A stretch of 63,701 nt of DNA, the filler included, from Chiloscyllium plagiosum (taxonomy: Eukaryota): NCBI RefSeq assembly GCF_004010195.1. It is 4 parts of one record of this genome, joined end to end, with 100 filler letters (N's around TTAATTAATTAA, not from the genome) between each part and the next. Parts side by side here need not be neighbours in the genome. Positions count along the whole stretch, not along the records: positions 60,728 to 63,701 come from NC_057715.1; 3 more parts are not named here. One strand, written 5' to 3'. Shown piece by piece: positions 60,728 to 63,701 of this stretch. The notes below the pieces were generated by a model, which worked only from the letters and a program-made list of their open reading frames with translations, was not told where the DNA came from and ran no database searches. How positions within the stretch are numbered: position 1 is the stretch's first letter; each line of letters opens with the position of its first letter. A program made the translations under genes and the position numbers.

Positions 60728-63701
60728 CACGGTGATCCACTCACCCTCCGAGATCTTCTGTCTCTCACTGCCCCCTCCCCCGGTGATCCACTTGCTCCCT
60801 GAGATTCTCAGTCTCTCTCACTGCCCCTTCCCCCAATGAACCACTCGCTCTGACTGAGATCCTCAGTCTCTCACTGACCTCCTCCCCCGTGATCCACTCG
60901 CTCTCTGAGATCCTCAATCTCTCTCACTGCCCTCCCCCACCGTGATCCACTCGCTCTCTCTGAGATCCTCAGTCACTCTCACTGTCCCCTCCCCCTTGTG
61001 ATCCACTCGCACTCTCTGAGATCCTCAATCTCTCTCACTGCCGCCACCCCTGAGGATCCACTTGATTTCTGAGATCCTCAGAACTCTCACTGCCTTCCCC
61101 ACCGTGATCCACTCTCTCTCTGAGATCCTCGGTCTCTTTCACTGCCCCTCCCCCAGTGATCCACTCACTCTCTGAGATCCTCAGTCTCTCTCACTGCCCC
61201 CTCCTCTGGTGATCCACTCTCTCTCTGAGATCCTCAGTCTCTCTCACTGCCCCCTTAGTCTCTTTCACTGATCAGTGAGAGAGACTGAGGATCTCAGAGA
61301 GAGTGGATGACGGGGGAGGGCAGTGAGAGAGAGACTAAGGATCTCAGAGCGAGTGGATCACTGGGGGAGGGACAGTTAGGGAGACTGAGGATCTCAGAGA
61401 GTGGATTATGGTTGGGGAGGGCAATGAGAGAGTCTGAGGATCTCAGAGAGCAAGTGGATCACCAGGGGTGGGTGCAGTGAAAGACTGAGGAAATCAGAGA
61501 GAGCGAGTGGATCACTGGGGGAGGGGGCAGTGAGAGAGACTGAGGATCTCAGTGAGTGAGTGGATCACGGGTGAAGGGCAGTGAGAGAGACTGAGGATCT
61601 CAGATCGAGTGGATCATGGAGGAGGGGGCAGTGAGAGAGAGACTGAAGATGTCAGAGAGAGAGTGGATCACGGGGAGGGGGCATTGACATAGACTGAGGA
61701 TTTCACAGAGTGGATCACCGGTGTGGGAGCAGTGAGAGAGACTGAGGATTTCAGAGACAGAGTGGATCACGGTGGAGGGGACATTGAGAGAGACTGAGGA
61801 TCACAGAGAGAGTGGGTCACGGGGGGAGGGCAGTGAGAGACTGGGGGATCTCAGAGAGAGCAAGTGGATCACAGGGGAGGTGGCAGTGAGAGCGACTGAG
61901 GATCTCAAAGAGAGAGTGGATCACGGGCAAGGGCAATGAGAGACTGATCCACTCGCTCTCTCTGAGATCCTTAGTGTCTCTCACTGCCCCTCCCCCATGA
62001 TCCACACGTTCTGTCTGAGATCCTCAGTCTCTCTCACTGTCCCTCCCCCAGTGATCTACTCGCACTCCGAGATCCTCAGTCTTTCTCATTTTCCCCTCCC
62101 CTGGTGATCAACTCTCTCTCTCTCAGATCCTCAGTCTCTCTCACTGCCTCCTCCCTCATGATCCACTCGCTCTCTCTGAGATCCTCAGTCTCTCTCACTG
62201 CCGTCCCCCGTGATCCACTCGCTTTCTGAGATCCTCAGTCTCTCTCACTGCCGTCCCCCGTGATCCACTCGCTTTCTGAGATCCTCAGTCTCTCTCACTG
62301 CCGTCCCCCGTGATCCACTCGCTTTCTGAGATCCTCAGTCTCTCTCACTGCCGTCCCCCGTGATCCACTCGCTTTCTGAGATCCTCAGTCTCTCTCACTG
62401 CCGTCCCCCGTGATCCACTCGCTTTCTGAGATCCTCAGTCTCTCTCACTGCCGTCCCCCGTGATCCACTCGCTTTCTGAGATCCTCAGTCTCTCTCACTG
62501 CCGTCCCCCGTGATCCACTCGCTTTCTGAGATCCTCAGTCTCTCTCACTGCCGTCCCCCGTGATCCACGTTCTGTCTGAGATCCTCAGTCTCTCTCACTG
62601 TCCCTCCCCCAGTGATCTACTCGCACTCCGAGATCCTCAGTCTTTCTCATTTTCCCCTCCCCTGGTGATCAACTCTCTCTCTCTCAGATCCTCAGTCTCT
62701 CTCACTGCCTCCTCCCTCATGATCCACTCGCTCTCTCTGAGATCCTCAGTCTCTCTCACTGCCGTCCCCCGTGATCCACTCGCTTTCTGAGATCCTCAGT
62801 CTCTCTCACTGCCCTCCCCCACCATTATCCACTCACTCACTGAGGTCTTCAATCTCTCTCACTGCCCTCCACCGTGATCCACTCGCACTCTCTTGAGATC
62901 CTCAATCTCTCTCACTGCCCCCACCCCGGGGATCCACTTGCTCTCTGAGATACTCAGACACTCTTACTGCCTTCCCCACCATGATCCACTCTCTCTCTGA
63001 GATCCTCAGACTCTCTCACTGTCCCCTCCCCTGGTGATCCACTCTCTCTGAGATCCTCAGTCTCTCTAAGTGCTCCCTCCCCCATGATCCACTCGCTCTC
63101 TCTGAGATCCTCTGTGTCTCTCACTGCCCTCCCTCCCGTGATCTACTCACTCTCTGAGATCCTCAGTCTCTCTCACTGCCCCCACCCCTGGGGATCCACT
63201 TGCTTTCTGAGATCCTCAGACACTCTCACTGCCTTCCCCACCGTGATCCACTCTCTCTCTAAGATCCTCAGTCTCTCTCACTGCCCCCTCCCCTGGTGAT
63301 CCACTCTCTCTCTGAGATCCTCGGTCTCTCTCACTGCCCCCTCCCCTGGTGATCCACTCTCTCTCTGAGATCCTCTGTCTCTCTCACTGATCAGTGAAAG
63401 AGACTAAGGGGGCAGTGAGAGAGACTGAGGATCTCAGAGAGAGAGTGGATAACGGGGGAGGGCAGTGAGAGAGAGAGACTGAGGATCTCAGAGTGAGTGG
63501 ATCACTGGGGGAGGGGCAGTGAGGGAGACTGAGGATCTCAGAGAGTGAATTATGGTGGGGGAGGGCAGTGAGACAGTCTGAGGATCTCAGAGAGCAAGTG
63601 GATCATCAGGGGTGGGTGCAGTGAAAGACTGAGGAAATCAGAGAGAGCGAGTGGATCACTGGGGGTGGGGGCAGTGAAAGACTGAGGATCTCAGACAGAT
63701 C
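60728..63701. repeat. ~50-bp minisatellite/satellite with strand switches
   Basis: Unit CCGTCCCCCGTGATCCACTCGCTTTCTGAGATCCTCAGTCTCTCTCACTG, with seven perfect copies at 62201-62550. Orientation is + (60728-61270), - (61271-61944), + (61945-63389), - (63390-end). Confidence 0.95.

Noticed and set aside
113..63299. The many remaining 60-200 aa ORFs in the supplied track
   Set aside because: They overlap SINE, LINE, PLE or satellite sequence, or are of the length expected by chance, with no recognisable host protein motifs.
60728..63701. CRISPR-like array of short palindromic repeats
   Set aside because: Units are contiguous with no unique spacers, there are no cas genes and the context is vertebrate; it is a satellite.

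Overview
Eukaryotic, repeat-dense shark/ray (elasmobranch-type) genomic DNA, judged from HE1-type tRNA-derived SINEs, CR1/HER1-type LINEs and SacSINE1-like DeuSINEs. It has three ~100-nt scaffold gaps, each carrying a TTAATTAATTAA linker. The one clear host gene is the 5' part of MRPS9 (mitochondrial ribosomal protein uS9m) on the + strand: an NRF1-rich promoter at ~15.8-16.1 kb and coding exons 16097-16192, 41762-41941, 53346-53408 and 53505-53535, with later exons not found in the window. None of these exons appears in the ORF track. The 25.6-kb first intron holds a full-length, decayed antisense L1 (TSDs, YY1-type 5' end), a processed RBPMS2/RBPMS-like pseudogene, and a diverged local duplication that may carry a small antisense gene. 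Many short Penelope-like (PLE) insertions carry minimal hammerhead-ribozyme motifs, fold-back structure and 12-15 bp TSDs. The window ends in a ~50-bp satellite that switches strand and has a flipped junction spacer. Coordinates were read by eye: exon and TSD positions were counted, while old-repeat boundaries are approximate. Family names come from recognition, not database searches.
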